Positions 1 through 10,383 of a DNA stretch of 64,000 bases are shown in pieces. The notes beneath the pieces were generated by a model. That model was not told where the DNA came from and did not search any database. It worked only from the letters and a program-made list of their open reading frames with translations. The stretch spans positions 96,001 to 160,000 of the forward strand of contig JBBILD010000002.1 in NCBI GenBank assembly GCA_037445065.1, given 5' to 3'. The position numbers were made by a program, and so were the translations under genes. The DNA comes from Myxococcales bacterium (GTDB taxonomy: Bacteria; Desulfobacterota; Binatia; HRBIN30). Position 1 is the first letter of the stretch. Each line of letters begins with the position of its first letter.

Positions 1-199
1 GCGATTGCCGCTCGTCGGCGCTCAGAACGTATAAAAAGGAAGGCAAACACGGCAGGCCCTCCACCACGCCTGGCGCCACTAACTGCTCGATCGGAAGCAC
101 ACGGAGGCGCGCTTCCGCTTCACCCAATGGGGCATACGCCGCAACGGAGTTGGTCGTCCCGAGATCTACGCCGAGGACAAACTGTGCGCTGTCCGACAC
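1..199 (-). CDS. Hsp70/DnaK-family protein, N-terminal part (continues off the window edge)
   Basis: My translation from GTG at 199: VSDSAQFVLGVDLGTTNSVAAY...LPIEQLVAPG...LPSFLY, carrying the Hsp70 phosphate-1 motif GxDLGTTNS. AGGAA SD upstream. Typical partner of DUF2760. Not in the ORF track. Confidence 0.85.
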   Translation of the reverse strand, partial: MSDSAQFVLGVDLGTTNSVAAYAPLGEAEARLRVLPIEQLVAPGVVEGLPCLPSFLYVLSADERQS

Positions 200-219
200 G
201 TTCCTTTAATGAACCGTTT

Positions 220-894
220 TTAGGTGAGGTCCACTTCCGCCGGCGCCACAACCTCCGGGGAACTCCCGGGTAAGGGTTGCGGTAAATCGAGGCGGGTCAC
301 CTTCCACCCTGGGTGACGCAAGATGCCCCGGTACGGCCCACCGCCCGTCACATTGCCAGCGAGTCGGATGCGGGTGGGATCGAATGGGGTCTCCACCGTA
401 ACTTGCTCGCCTTCCTGACCAGCGAGAACCGGCTCTACCTGCAGGCGGCCTTCCAGAGCCTTCCGGCATCCCGCGTGAATGGCGCGGACGGCAGCGCCAA
501 TTTGGGCATCGGAGTATGCCGAGAGGTCTTCAGCGAGAAAATCCAGCAGCCGTCCCTCGCGCTGGAGCAGGCCCAAGAGCACAAGTGCCGAGTGCTCCGC
601 CGCTTGTGGAGAGGCGGGCACCGGTTTCGCCGGCGCAGTTTCGGGCGCAGGGAGCTTTCCGTTCTCCGCCGTGCGTCGCACAAGCAGGGTTACAAAGAGC
701 GCCATCGCCAACGGAGCGAGCGCGAAGTACAGGAGGCACAAAGGGCAACGTTGCAGTAGGTCTGTGTCCACAACCGGGGCACCCACACCCTGTGTGCCGA
801 GAACGAACACGGTCAAGTTCGCTCCCGCGAACGCCAGTGCGGTGAGCCAAAGGAGGATGTGGGTCGTGGCGCGGCCTGCTTGTGCACGTTGCAT
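220..894 (-). CDS. DUF2760 domain membrane protein
   Basis: LLGLLQREGRLLDFLAEDLSAYSDAQIGAAVR..H.GC and LRHPGW...APAEV motifs; two N-terminal TM segments; ATG at 894 follows AGGAAA. Confidence 0.8.
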   Translation of the reverse strand: MQRAQAGRATTHILLWLTALAFAGANLTVFVLGTQGVGAPVVDTDLLQRCPLCLLYFALAPLAMALFVTLLVRRTAENGKLPAPETAPAKPVPASPQAAEHSALVLLGLLQREGRLLDFLAEDLSAYSDAQIGAAVRAIHAGCRKALEGRLQVEPVLAGQEGEQVTVETPFDPTRIRLAGNVTGGGPYRGILRHPGWKVTRLDLPQPLPGSSPEVVAPAEVDLT

Positions 895-1010
895 CTGCTG
901 TTTCCTGGATCGCTTGAAGCGCAAGCGTATAGCGATCGAACGAGCAGCGGGACAAGGCGATCCGCCGTTGAAGACTGCGACTTTGGCCCGCAGCGAAACG
1001 GCTGCCGAGG

Positions 1011-1442
1011 TCAGGAGGGCTGTTCAGGCTCCACCGGAGCCCGCAAACGTTTGATTTCGCCGCGTGCTCGCTTCGCAGCCAGGATTTTCTCCTTGGCGCG
1101 ACGCGAACGTCGGCGCTTTTGGCGGCGAATGCGGGCGATCCGCTGCATCGCCTCGCTTTCCTCGCCGCGCTGCTGCCGCTCGAGTTTCTCGCACAAGAGC
1201 TGGCGCGCGCGGTAACGGTTCAACGCTTGAGACCGCTCCTGTTCACAGCGCACCTGCATGCCGCTCGGCTTGTGAACGAGCAGCACCGCCGTGGATGCTT
1301 TGTTTACGTGCTGCCCTCCCTTTCCGCGCGCCCGGACGAAACTCTCCTCTAAATCCTCTTCTCGAATCCCGAGGCGTTGCATCCGCTCGATGAGCGCCTG
1401 TTGCTTGGCAGGCGAAACGGGGAACATCACCGAGTCGGTCAT
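1011..1442 (-). CDS. GGQ peptidyl-tRNA hydrolase / release-factor-like ribosome rescue protein (ArfB/C12orf65-like)
   Basis: FVRARGKGGQHVNK, RSQALNR and a basic C-terminal tail KRARGEIKRLR; no codon-recognition domains. Confidence 0.85.
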   Translation of the reverse strand: MTDSVMFPVSPAKQQALIERMQRLGIREEDLEESFVRARGKGGQHVNKASTAVLLVHKPSGMQVRCEQERSQALNRYRARQLLCEKLERQQRGEESEAMQRIARIRRQKRRRSRRAKEKILAAKRARGEIKRLRAPVEPEQPS

Positions 1443-1492
1443 GGTCGCTTTCTCAACGAGTTCCGAAAGCGTCGCCTGAACTGGCTCGATCG

Positions 1493-2302
1493 CTACGACA
1501 CTCCCGTTTCGGAACCGGCCGCAGCCGGTTCGGCTTTCGACGGCTGCTCCGAGCGGCGCCGTTCTGCCTCGAGAAAAGGAGTGAGCAAATCAATCGGTAG
1601 CGGAAAGAGAGTGGTGGAATTGTTCTCGGCCGCCATCTCGGTGAGGGTTTGGAGAAACCGTAACTGCAACGCGATCGGGTGCGCACCGATCATTGCCGAA
1701 GCTTCGGCCAGTTTTTGCGCCGCCTGAAATTCCCCTTCGGCGTTGATGATCTTCGCCCGCCGTTCACGCTCGGCCTCGGCTTGCCGCGCCATCGCTCGCT
1801 GCATCTCTTGCGGGAGATCAATGTGTTTGACTTCGACGGTGCTTACCTTGATCCCCCACGGATCCGTTTGCGCATCCAAAATTTCCTGCAACTTAGTATT
1901 GATTTTCTCTCGCTCGGCGAGGAGCTCATCCAGCTCGGCCTGACCGCACACGCTGCGCAAGGTCGTTTGCGCCAACTGCGAGGTCGCGTACAAGTAGTCC
2001 ACCACTTCCACAACCGCACGATTGGGGTTGATCACGCGGAAATACAGGACGGCACTTACTTTCACCGATACGTTGTCGCGCGTAATCACATCTTGCGGCG
2101 GCACCTCGAGCGTGATGGTGCGCATGTCTACACGCTGCATCCGTTCGATAACAGGGATCACATAGATGATGCCGGGCCCGCGGGCGCCCACGAGCCGCCC
2201 CAATCGGAAGATGACGCCGCGCTCGAATTCTTTGAGCACTTTCACCCCGCTGACGAGCAAGGCGACCCCGATCAAGATGACTACCGTTGCTGACTCGAAC
2301 AT
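1493..2302 (-). CDS. SPFH/band-7 stomatin-like (slipin) protein
   Basis: [43 protein letters not shown]; directly downstream of nfeD. Confidence 0.95.
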   Translation of the reverse strand: MFESATVVILIGVALLVSGVKVLKEFERGVIFRLGRLVGARGPGIIYVIPVIERMQRVDMRTITLEVPPQDVITRDNVSVKVSAVLYFRVINPNRAVVEVVDYLYATSQLAQTTLRSVCGQAELDELLAEREKINTKLQEILDAQTDPWGIKVSTVEVKHIDLPQEMQRAMARQAEAERERRAKIINAEGEFQAAQKLAEASAMIGAHPIALQLRFLQTLTEMAAENNSTTLFPLPIDLLTPFLEAERRRSEQPSKAEPAAAGSETGVS

Positions 2303-2312
2303 CGTGTCCTCC

Positions 2313-3698
2313 TCAGGAGGGCTCCTGCTTGGCCGCCCGCACGCGCAAGCGCAAACCCTCCACCTTCACCACTTCGACGGGTGTCCCTTCGGAGAGCGGC
2401 TCGTCCGCCACCGCGTTCCAATATTCACCATGCACGAACACCCTCCCGATTTTCCCTGGAACAATGGCCTGCCGAACTTCGCCCCGTTCGCCCACCAAGC
2501 CTTCGCTGCCTAACGCGGCGCGGCGGCGCTGACTGCGGGCGACGAGAACACCCACCACGAAGCTAAAAACCCCAAACGTACCAGCGGCTGCGAACACGAT
2601 CTTAGGATCGAGCACAAGGTCGGACTGGCTCGAATCGAACAGGAACAGGGAGCCCAGCACGAAGGAAATGATACCGCCGATTCCCAGAGTTCCGAAACTC
2701 GGCAAGAACAATTCGGCGATCAGCAGCGCCAACCCCAGGGCAATCAGTGCCAAGCCGCTATAGTTGATGGGCAGAACTTGCAGTGCGGCAAAGCCGAGGA
2801 GCAAGCAAATCGCACCCGCCACACCGGGGAAGAACAAGCCCGGGTGCGTGAATTCCACGTAAAGTCCCAGCAGCCCAGCCATCATCAGCAAGTAGGCGAC
2901 GTTGGGGTTGGCGAGTACGTTGAGAAACTTTTGTTTGAGTCGCATCTCCCGCTCCACCACGGTCGCACCCCCGAGGTCGAGCTTCACAGCGCGCTGCTGA
3001 ACCCGCACTTCTCGCCCGTGCACCTGGCGGAGCAGATCCTCTCGGCTATTCGCGATCAAGTCGATCACATTGAGGGCGAGTGCTTCTTGTTCCGTGATGG
3101 ACACGCTTTCCCGCACCGCCTTCTCAGCCCACTCGACGTTTCGCCCGCGCTCTTGCGCGATTGCTTTGCTCATCGAGGCCACAAAGTTTTCCACTTTGGC
3201 GCGCATGTCCTCGCCAAGATCCTGGCCGCCTCCTGCCACCGGATGAGCTGCTCCGATGTTCGTTCCCGGCGCCATGGCCGCGATGTTGGCTGCCATGGTG
3301 ACAAACACGCCCGCGGATGCTGCTCCAGCTCCGCTCGGGGCCACGTAGACGATCACTGGCAACGGCGAACCGAGCAGCTCTTTGACGATGTCTTTGGTCG
3401 AGTCCAGCAGCCCCCCGGGTGTGTCCAACTCGATCACCAACGCCGCCGCGCTCGCCGCATGCGCCTCGTGGATGGATTCACGGATGAAGTCCGCGCTCGC
3501 CGGGTTGATGCTGCCGTTGACCGTGATCCAGTGCACCGCACGCTGCGCAGGCGGGGCCCCTTCCGTTGGCGCGGAAGAAACGGGAGAGCGCTCCTCCTTG
3601 GGTGCCCCCAGAAGCGGGCCCGAGAGGACGCAAAACAAAAGGAGCGGCCAGCAGTAGCGGTGCCAAACAGGGAGCTTTGTGCAGGCCCTGGATTTCAC
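2313..3698 (-). CDS. nfeD: NfeD-family membrane-bound serine protease (ClpP-like + TM + OB fold)
   Basis: [26 protein letters not shown]-terminal [11 protein letters not shown] start overlaps the udg stop (GTGA). Confidence 0.92.
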   Translation of the reverse strand: MKSRACTKLPVWHRYCWPLLLFCVLSGPLLGAPKEERSPVSSAPTEGAPPAQRAVHWITVNGSINPASADFIRESIHEAHAASAAALVIELDTPGGLLDSTKDIVKELLGSPLPVIVYVAPSGAGAASAGVFVTMAANIAAMAPGTNIGAAHPVAGGGQDLGEDMRAKVENFVASMSKAIAQERGRNVEWAEKAVRESVSITEQEALALNVIDLIANSREDLLRQVHGREVRVQQRAVKLDLGGATVVEREMRLKQKFLNVLANPNVAYLLMMAGLLGLYVEFTHPGLFFPGVAGAICLLLGFAALQVLPINYSGLALIALGLALLIAELFLPSFGTLGIGGIISFVLGSLFLFDSSQSDLVLDPKIVFAAAGTFGVFSFVVGVLVARSQRRRAALGSEGLVGERGEVRQAIVPGKIGRVFVHGEYWNAVADEPLSEGTPVEVVKVEGLRLRVRAAKQEPS

Positions 3699-4477
3699 GC
3701 AGGCTTCTCCAATGCGCTTATCACGAGCTTGATGTCTTCCCACACCAAGCGCTTGTCCGCTGGGTTTCGCAGTAGGTAGGCGGGATGCAAGGTAGGCATC
3801 AACGGAATCCCTCGGTACAAATGCCAGTGGCCGCGCAACTTGGTGATCGGAGTATTGACGCCGAGAAGCGCTTGCGCAGCGACCTTACCGAGCGCCACCA
3901 GGACACGCGGCCGCACCAGTTCGATCTGGCGCTCCAGGAATGGCAGACAAGCCTGGATCTCATCCGGTTCGGGGTTGCGGTTGTCGGGTGGTCTGCATTT
4001 CACCACATTGGCGATGTAGGCATCTTCCCGGCGGAGCTTCATCCCCCGCGTGATAATGTCAGTGAGGAGTTGACCAGCGCGGCCTACAAACGGCTCACCC
4101 TGCAAGTCCTCGTCGCGTCCTGGGCCCTCACCGACGAACATCAGCTCGGCCTTCGGGTTGCCGACGCCAAACACAATTTGCGTACGACTCGTGCAGAGCT
4201 TGCAGCGCTGGCAATCGCCGAGGACGGCACGGACCGCTTCGAGGGTGTTGGCTGTGCGCAACTCGGAAGGGGTGAACAGGTTCAGGGCTGTCTCCACGGT
4301 TGAAGCGGTCGGACTCGCCGCCGGACTGGAGCGTGGCGGTGAGGGCGTTGCCTCGGGCACCGCCAAGATGTGCGTACCCTGTTCCAGGGCGTTCTCGACG
4401 TGCTCGCGCACAATGCGAACGGCGCGCAAGAGTGTTTCTTGTTCGGGCGAGCGGCGCGAGTTACCCTGCGGCGGCAT
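3695..4477 (-). CDS. Uracil-DNA glycosylase family 4 (4Fe-4S)
   Basis: [43 protein letters not shown]. Start uncertain. Confidence 0.93.
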   Translation of the reverse strand: MPPQGNSRRSPEQETLLRAVRIVREHVENALEQGTHILAVPEATPSPPRSSPAASPTASTVETALNLFTPSELRTANTLEAVRAVLGDCQRCKLCTSRTQIVFGVGNPKAELMFVGEGPGRDEDLQGEPFVGRAGQLLTDIITRGMKLRREDAYIANVVKCRPPDNRNPEPDEIQACLPFLERQIELVRPRVLVALGKVAAQALLGVNTPITKLRGHWHLYRGIPLMPTLHPAYLLRNPADKRLVWEDIKLVISALEKPA

Positions 4478-5405
4478 GCAAATCCTACTTGTGCTGACGC
4501 TCCTTTTGTCGCTCCCCGCTCGCTGCTGGGCTTGGGGCCCGATCACCCACCTGGCCCATGGCGCAGAAGTGTTGGCGCACCTTACCATCCTCGGCGCAAG
4601 CCTTCAACGATTGCTCCGCCGCCACAGGCTGGCGTACTTGTATGGCTGCGTCGGGGCGGACATCACGCAAGCAAAAAAGTACACTCGCTCGGAGCAAGCC
4701 CACTGTCACTCGTGGCTGGTGGGTTGGCGGGTGTTGGAAGAAGCAAGGACAGATGAGGAGCGTGCTTTCGCGTACGGGTATCTGACCCATCTTGCCAGCG
4801 ACGTGTTTTCTCACAACCACTACGTGCCGATCCAGTTGGTGGTGAGCTACCGCTCCTTCGCCTTTCGCCACGTGTATTGGGAGGCGCGGTTTGACACGAT
4901 GCAGGAAGAACGCGTCCGTACCCTGGTGCGGGAACTCCGCCAGCAGGACTTCGCGAGGTGCGACGATCTCGTGCGCCGTGCAGTGGATCGCACCTTGTTC
5001 TCGTTTGACACCGACAAGCGTATCTTCAACACGTTCATTGCGATTCATGATTTCGAACAGTGGTATCGAGTTCTGCACCGCTTGACGCGCAATTCTCGCT
5101 ACGTACTGCAGCAGGACTGGGTACGCCGCTACAACCAAGTGTGCGTGACGAGCACCCTCGAGATGCTGCAACGGGGGACGAAGGCAAGCAATCAGCGCGC
5201 AGATCCTACGGGTTTGGTCGCGCTGCACACGGCGAATCGCGCTCGTCGCCTGCTGCGCGAAATCTCCCGAACGGGGCCCTTACCGCCCCGGATGGAAGCT
5301 GCCCTCCGAGCGTTGGAGAGCCGCCGCGACCTGGAAGAAGCTCTCTCGCAAGCCTTCCCTCGGGCAGGGCGCTTAGCGGTTTCCGCCGTGAGCACGAGCG
5401 CTTGA
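4476..5405 (+). CDS. Zinc-dependent phospholipase C family protein, secreted
   Basis: Signal peptide followed by mature N-terminus [33 protein letters not shown] metal-ligand pattern. Confidence 0.8.
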   Translation: MQILLVLTLLLSLPARCWAWGPITHLAHGAEVLAHLTILGASLQRLLRRHRLAYLYGCVGADITQAKKYTRSEQAHCHSWLVGWRVLEEARTDEERAFAYGYLTHLASDVFSHNHYVPIQLVVSYRSFAFRHVYWEARFDTMQEERVRTLVRELRQQDFARCDDLVRRAVDRTLFSFDTDKRIFNTFIAIHDFEQWYRVLHRLTRNSRYVLQQDWVRRYNQVCVTSTLEMLQRGTKASNQRADPTGLVALHTANRARRLLREISRTGPLPPRMEAALRALESRRDLEEALSQAFPRAGRLAVSAVSTSA

Positions 5406-5543
5406 CCAGTGCTGGTCGCGGGCGCTGGAAATGGGAGCAGGGTCAACAGGCCCCACCACTCGCAGCTCCTGAGGCCAATGCCGCGCACGACCCGAGATCA
5501 TGTGTGATTCCATGCACCCGAGCAGGAGAGCTCGCACAGAGCA

Positions 5544-8500
5544 TCACGGGGCTCCCCGTCTCAGGGGCCGGCCTCGAGAGGGCTGGAGAAAACGGCGGAT
5601 GGCGTAGAGAACCAGACCGGCGGCGATCCAAGCGGTGCCATTGGCCTGGGGCTGGGTCTGGCAACCGCCGTCCGAGGCCGTGTCCGGTTCCGGAGCGGTG
5701 GGCGTGGCGTTGGCGCGCTGCGTCGGAGATGGCGTGCTTGTCGGAGAAATGCTCGGAGTTGGGGTCGCACTCGGTGCAACCTGGGTGGGCGTTGGGGATG
5801 CAGTGGGAGTTGCCGGTTCAGTTGGGCTCGGTGATGGAAGATCCGTTGGGGAGGGTGTCGGCGTTTGGGTCGGGGTGACGGTCGGTTCGGGTTCTTCGGG
5901 CACGATCGGCCCCGCTGAAACGATGCGGGAAGCGTTCCCGGCATCGTCGCGGGTACGGAGCGCGACGTAAACCGGATCACGGCCAGCGTGTCCGCTCGTG
6001 AAGCGCAGGTCCAGAACGAGACCGCGACCAGCCGCGGGCACAGGCGCGGCCAGAATCAGTGGTTCGGCCGCTGCGAACGCGTCCTCGCTAGCGATGGGCT
6101 GGGAGGAAATGCGTGCGTCGAGAAGTGCAGGGGGGCCGCAAAACTGGTCGTCCGCTGGTAAGCCGCTCGCGCGCCACACAGCGCTGCCGTCGGTATACAC
6201 CCGCCAGTGGCCACGGGGGGGAGCTGGGGGGCGGGCGTCGGTGTGGTAGTTCCCGGTACTCCACTCGTCGTGGTGGTACTGCCGCCAGGGAATGTACCCG
6301 CATGAGTCCGCTGGGGTTTCGAAGATAAACAAGTTGCCCTCGCGGGTGACCGCGGCCACCTCGAGTCGGCCGTCCCCATCGAGGTCGCCCACCGCGGGGC
6401 TTCCCACACTCCACCCGCCGGTAAACTTGGGCCAACCCGCGGCCTCGCGGCCAAACGCATCTACGGCGTGGAGGTCGTACACACCGGAGCCAGAGATCGC
6501 TTCCGTTATGCCGTCCCCAGTGATGTCTGCCACGATGGGGGCGGTAAGAAACTGTAGGTCGTTCACCACATGGGGAAACCCGGGGCGAAACGGGGCGAGC
6601 GTGGGGCTGCCGTCAGGGTGGGCGATGTCCCATGCGCCGAGCTGATTTTCCGCTGGGAACTGGCGAGCGGGCAGATTGGCGTCGAGGAGTTTGCCCAGCC
6701 CAGCCACGGGCGCAAGCAACTGGAAGCCCTGCCCTGGCCCGAGCATCTCTGCCAACACGGGCCCTCCAAGTGCCGGAAAGGCGGGCGCGTCAATCGAGTC
6801 ACTACCGGGGCCGAACACATCCGCCTGCGCCGTCCGCGGCGTGCTGCCGCTGGCGTTTCCGAGAAACGAGCTGCCGTCACCGCGTAAGACGTAGGCCGGC
6901 CCGAGCATCGAAAAGGTGGCGACTTCGAGCGCGCCGTCACCGTCGAGATCCGCCAGAGCGGGCGAACCGTTCGTGCCTGTACCAACAACGGGCAGTAATT
7001 CGGTAGTCAGCATGGCAATTCGTACCGGCCATCCGGGAAGGAACGCTTCGGGGTTCCAGCCGAACGGCTGGGGGTTGGTACCGCGCGACGTTCCCGCTGC
7101 GTGAATCGCGTACAGGCGGGTATTACCAGAATCGAGGGCACCCCCGAGCTGCAGAAAATTGATCACCACGTTGGTGACCACTGCGTTTGGCCTTTCCTTG
7201 TATGCCTCGTTGACTGCGGCAATCACCTCCGCTTCCCCGTCGCCATCAATGTCGCCGATTGAGGGCGGTACGATGATCTTGGTCCCCATCCGGGGGTTGG
7301 CGTTTGGACGCAAGGATACGACGTTGGTCACCGGGTCCACGGCGTCCACCTTGCTCGGATCCTTGAGCAAGACGGGCCAGCCCGGCAGCGGCGTGCCATC
7401 GGCGTACCAAGCGTAGACGTGGCGGTCGGCGGCTCCGGCGACAATTTCCAGGGAACCGTCGGGAGACCGATCCAAATTGAACAGCACGGGCCCAGCTCCA
7501 AAGCCCCGGGCTAGGCGGTTGTGCCGGTCCAAACGGTGATGGCGGTCTGGAACGAGGTCTTCCTGCCTCCCGCGGTTTCGCTCGCTGCGCAGCGGGAAAG
7601 AGTACTCGGGCCGCGTTCGTACCGGGAATCCGGGGCGGAGTTCACCTTGAGCACTCCACACATAGAGTTTGCCATACAAATCAGTGGCCACTACTTCCGG
7701 GGAACCGTCGCGATCAAGATCACCGACCGCGGGCGTGCCTAGGATGGGCGTGGACGGTACGCGCACCCGTGCGCTGCGGAAGGCAGGCGAGTCCGCGTGA
7801 ATTTCCATCGGGTCCGTCGAAACCGGCCACCCCGGCAGCTCCGCGAGTGCCTTGCCCTGAAAGGCGTGCACAGTGCCGTTCGAGGTTGCCACGATCAGCT
7901 CGTCGGTTCCGTCGCCGTCCAGATCCGCAAACACAGGGGAAGAGGCGCCGTCAGCGGCCAGAAAATGCGGCTCACCCCCAACGAGATCGGGATCGCGGTG
8001 CAGGAAGAAGGCACGCCGGTCTTCACCAACCAAGCCCTGTGCATCGCGCACGCGCAGGCGCACCGTAACCGTAAACCGATCAGGGTCTGGTTTGCCGAGC
8101 GTGTCTACCGCTGGGCCTTCGGTGCCGTGCGGCATGCGCCTCGCCAGGGTTTGCAAATCGATTTCGCCCAAAATGCCGGAAAAAGGAACGGATCGCTCCT
8201 CACTGCGCGCGATGGTTTCGAACTCGTCCTCGCGCGGTTGTACCCCCGGCGCCACGGCTAGCTCGTAGGTGAAGCTCGAAGAACGGTTCGCAGCGGCTCG
8301 GCCGTGCACGGGGAGTGTTCCCCTCCCAGGGTCAACAAGGGCAAACCAAGCTGGCGTCTGAATCTCTGCTTCTGGAGGGATGCGCCCCTTACGTACCCAT
8401 TCGACCGCGCGGCGCGCGTTGATGCGCCCGTAGCCAAAAAACTGGTCAAAACCCCTGATCGAGGGGTAACGCTCGCTTTGCACGTGCGGAAAGGCTGCTT

Positions 8501-9872
8501 GGACTTGATAGTTTTGAGGTAAGCCCAACTCTGGCCGGGCATCGAAGTCCACGTCGTCCGCGCTCGCGATCAGGAGTTGTTTTACCTCTTCAGCCGAGAG
8601 GGGAAACGGAGCGAAGCGGCCGTCGCCCAAGGGATACCGTGTGAGCCGACCGCGGTCGATCTCATTCAGCGCAGCGGAGTAGACCAGGCCAGCGATTCCA
8701 GAGGAAAGGCCGGTGGCCTCGCTGGAACAAGCACTGGAAGGCACGCTGAGAGTGATCTTGGGCCCGTAGTTGGTGCAACCGTTTAAATAAAGGTAGGAGC
8801 GGGGCTCCATGGTAATGTTTGCGATCGACGCGAATCGGGTCACTGAGTTTGCTACGACCGTTCGCGCGTAGGCAGCGGGGTAGTTGTGGTGATTCGATTC
8901 CTCGTCCGCTGCGGAAGCGATCACGACCACGCCGAGCTGGTACGCGTAGTCAATCGCCTCCTGGGCAAAGGCAGAGTGATTGAGCGTACCTAAAGCCTCT
9001 TGGATCACCAGCGCGCCGCTGTCGACTGCGAACAGGACCCCGCGCGCGAACGCGTTTACATCGCCAATAAAACTGTCCGCTAAGCGCACCATCAGGACGA
9101 GACAATTGGGACAGGTCCCCACGTTGCCACCATTGTCGGCCTCCGCCGTCGAGTCATGCGCTTCGCCGGTTCCGTGGCCATACTCCACCTCGTCGAGTGG
9201 ATCGTTGTCGTCCTCAAAGAAATCCCAGCCAGAGATATCATCCACAAAGCCGTTGCCGTCGCCGTCCACCCCATCGGAGAAAAGGAAAATCAAGTCTTCG
9301 GGGTCCAAAATGCCGTTGCCATTTGCGTCGGAAACGCGCGAGTCGCGAGAGAACGCACCGCTCGCTTCGTAATCGGCGACGTTGAAAACTCCGTCTCGGT
9401 TGCGGTCCCACGGATCATTGGCATTTGTGCTCTGCTCGGGAACCGGGAGTTCTCCCCGATTCAGGTAAAACTTGCGCACCAGGTCCGGCAGTTGGTGTTG
9501 CCACTCGATACCGGAGTCCAGTACTGCAATGACCACATCCGGACGGCCCGTGGTGATTTGCCAAGCAAGGTCCACACTGGCCCCGGTCACCCCGAAGAGT
9601 TCCTGTGGGTTGGAGTCCACGGCCGGGTTTCCAGAAGGCTCGCTCGTAAGTTTCCAGCGGTTGCCGCCCGAGAAGTCGTTTGGCAGTTCCGGCGGCAGGG
9701 TATCTGGCAGGAATAAATAAGACGCGAAGTCAGTGGCCGCGATGCAACTGCTGGCGGGCGGTTTGGGCGGGCAGGGCTGTGGATTCGCTGGATACGGAAA
9801 CGCGGCGACCAACTCGCTCGCACTACTGAGCGACGCAAGGGCAAAAGCAGCAACCCATCGGTGTAGCGTCAT
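5544..9872 (-). CDS. Large secreted S8 (subtilisin-like) peptidase with FG-GAP repeats, Pro/Thr linker and MYXO-CTERM-like tail
   Basis: GGAGG SD before ATG 9872; signal peptide; IAVLDSG (Asp), GHGT (His), DxDGNGFVDD insert; repeated GDLDGDG..EV and PGWPV units; PTxTP linker; GGC + hydrophobic + RR tail. Confidence 0.85.
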   Translation of the reverse strand: MTLHRWVAAFALASLSSASELVAAFPYPANPQPCPPKPPASSCIAATDFASYLFLPDTLPPELPNDFSGGNRWKLTSEPSGNPAVDSNPQELFGVTGASVDLAWQITTGRPDVVIAVLDSGIEWQHQLPDLVRKFYLNRGELPVPEQSTNANDPWDRNRDGVFNVADYEASGAFSRDSRVSDANGNGILDPEDLIFLFSDGVDGDGNGFVDDISGWDFFEDDNDPLDEVEYGHGTGEAHDSTAEADNGGNVGTCPNCLVLMVRLADSFIGDVNAFARGVLFAVDSGALVIQEALGTLNHSAFAQEAIDYAYQLGVVVIASAADEESNHHNYPAAYARTVVANSVTRFASIANITMEPRSYLYLNGCTNYGPKITLSVPSSACSSEATGLSSGIAGLVYSAALNEIDRGRLTRYPLGDGRFAPFPLSAEEVKQLLIASADDVDFDARPELGLPQNYQVQAAFPHVQSERYPSIRGFDQFFGYGRINARRAVEWVRKGRIPPEAEIQTPAWFALVDPGRGTLPVHGRAAANRSSSFTYELAVAPGVQPREDEFETIARSEERSVPFSGILGEIDLQTLARRMPHGTEGPAVDTLGKPDPDRFTVTVRLRVRDAQGLVGEDRRAFFLHRDPDLVGGEPHFLAADGASSPVFADLDGDGTDELIVATSNGTVHAFQGKALAELPGWPVSTDPMEIHADSPAFRSARVRVPSTPILGTPAVGDLDRDGSPEVVATDLYGKLYVWSAQGELRPGFPVRTRPEYSFPLRSERNRGRQEDLVPDRHHRLDRHNRLARGFGAGPVLFNLDRSPDGSLEIVAGAADRHVYAWYADGTPLPGWPVLLKDPSKVDAVDPVTNVVSLRPNANPRMGTKIIVPPSIGDIDGDGEAEVIAAVNEAYKERPNAVVTNVVINFLQLGGALDSGNTRLYAIHAAGTSRGTNPQPFGWNPEAFLPGWPVRIAMLTTELLPVVGTGTNGSPALADLDGDGALEVATFSMLGPAYVLRGDGSSFLGNASGSTPRTAQADVFGPGSDSIDAPAFPALGGPVLAEMLGPGQGFQLLAPVAGLGKLLDANLPARQFPAENQLGAWDIAHPDGSPTLAPFRPGFPHVVNDLQFLTAPIVADITGDGITEAISGSGVYDLHAVDAFGREAAGWPKFTGGWSVGSPAVGDLDGDGRLEVAAVTREGNLFIFETPADSCGYIPWRQYHHDEWSTGNYHTDARPPAPPRGHWRVYTDGSAVWRASGLPADDQFCGPPALLDARISSQPIASEDAFAAAEPLILAAPVPAAGRGLVLDLRFTSGHAGRDPVYVALRTRDDAGNASRIVSAGPIVPEEPEPTVTPTQTPTPSPTDLPSPSPTEPATPTASPTPTQVAPSATPTPSISPTSTPSPTQRANATPTAPEPDTASDGGCQTQPQANGTAWIAAGLVLYAIRRFLQPSRGRPLRRGAP
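5670..5900 (-). repeat. Pro/Thr/Ser-rich low-complexity linker (coding)
   Basis: EPTVTPTQTPTPSPTDLPSPSPTEPATPTASPTPT in the S8 protein; boundaries approximate. Confidence 0.8.
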
Positions 9873-10383
9873 TAGTCCTCCCGAGCGGTAATCGCCGCCT
9901 ACTACTCCCTTGCGGGTGTTGGGACAAGGATCCGGTGGGCAAGCCGCCGTTCCGGCGTAATCATCGGTAAAGACGCAGTAGGTAGGGCAGGACGATGGCT
10001 CGATGCCGGCGCTGGAAGGGAGGGTGGCCGCAGCGGACATGTGCGGCGTGCGGGCGACGTTTTCGTAGGGCTCTCGGTCTTCAGGCGAACGAGCAACGAG
10101 TTTGGTCGGCCGCAGGTTGGCGTGTCGCTACGGAGGATCCCGCTCCTGTTTTTGACCGGACTCAGGCTCTTTCCCCGCGAGCCGATGGCATGAGGAATTC
10201 CCTGCGCGGGCACGAAGAGGTCAGGAATTCCGCTGAGATAGCCGTAGAAACGAGGCGGAAGGGTCTAGGTGGTGGTGCTTCTTGAGTCTCCGCCGGGCTC
10301 GACCGAGTGCTCGCGGAAGCGTGGGCGGATCTACCGTTTCGCGGGTGGTTGCGGTTATGATGACTCAGTCTGGAGGGCAGACG

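Noticed and set aside
9873..10040. 56-aa N-terminal extension of the S8 ORF in the track
   Set aside because: The GGAGG SD and signal peptide point to ATG 9872. Similar over-extensions were trimmed for the ORFs at 4158, 10282, 35374, 41148, 44925, 50969, 57297, 59639, 60655 and 61352.
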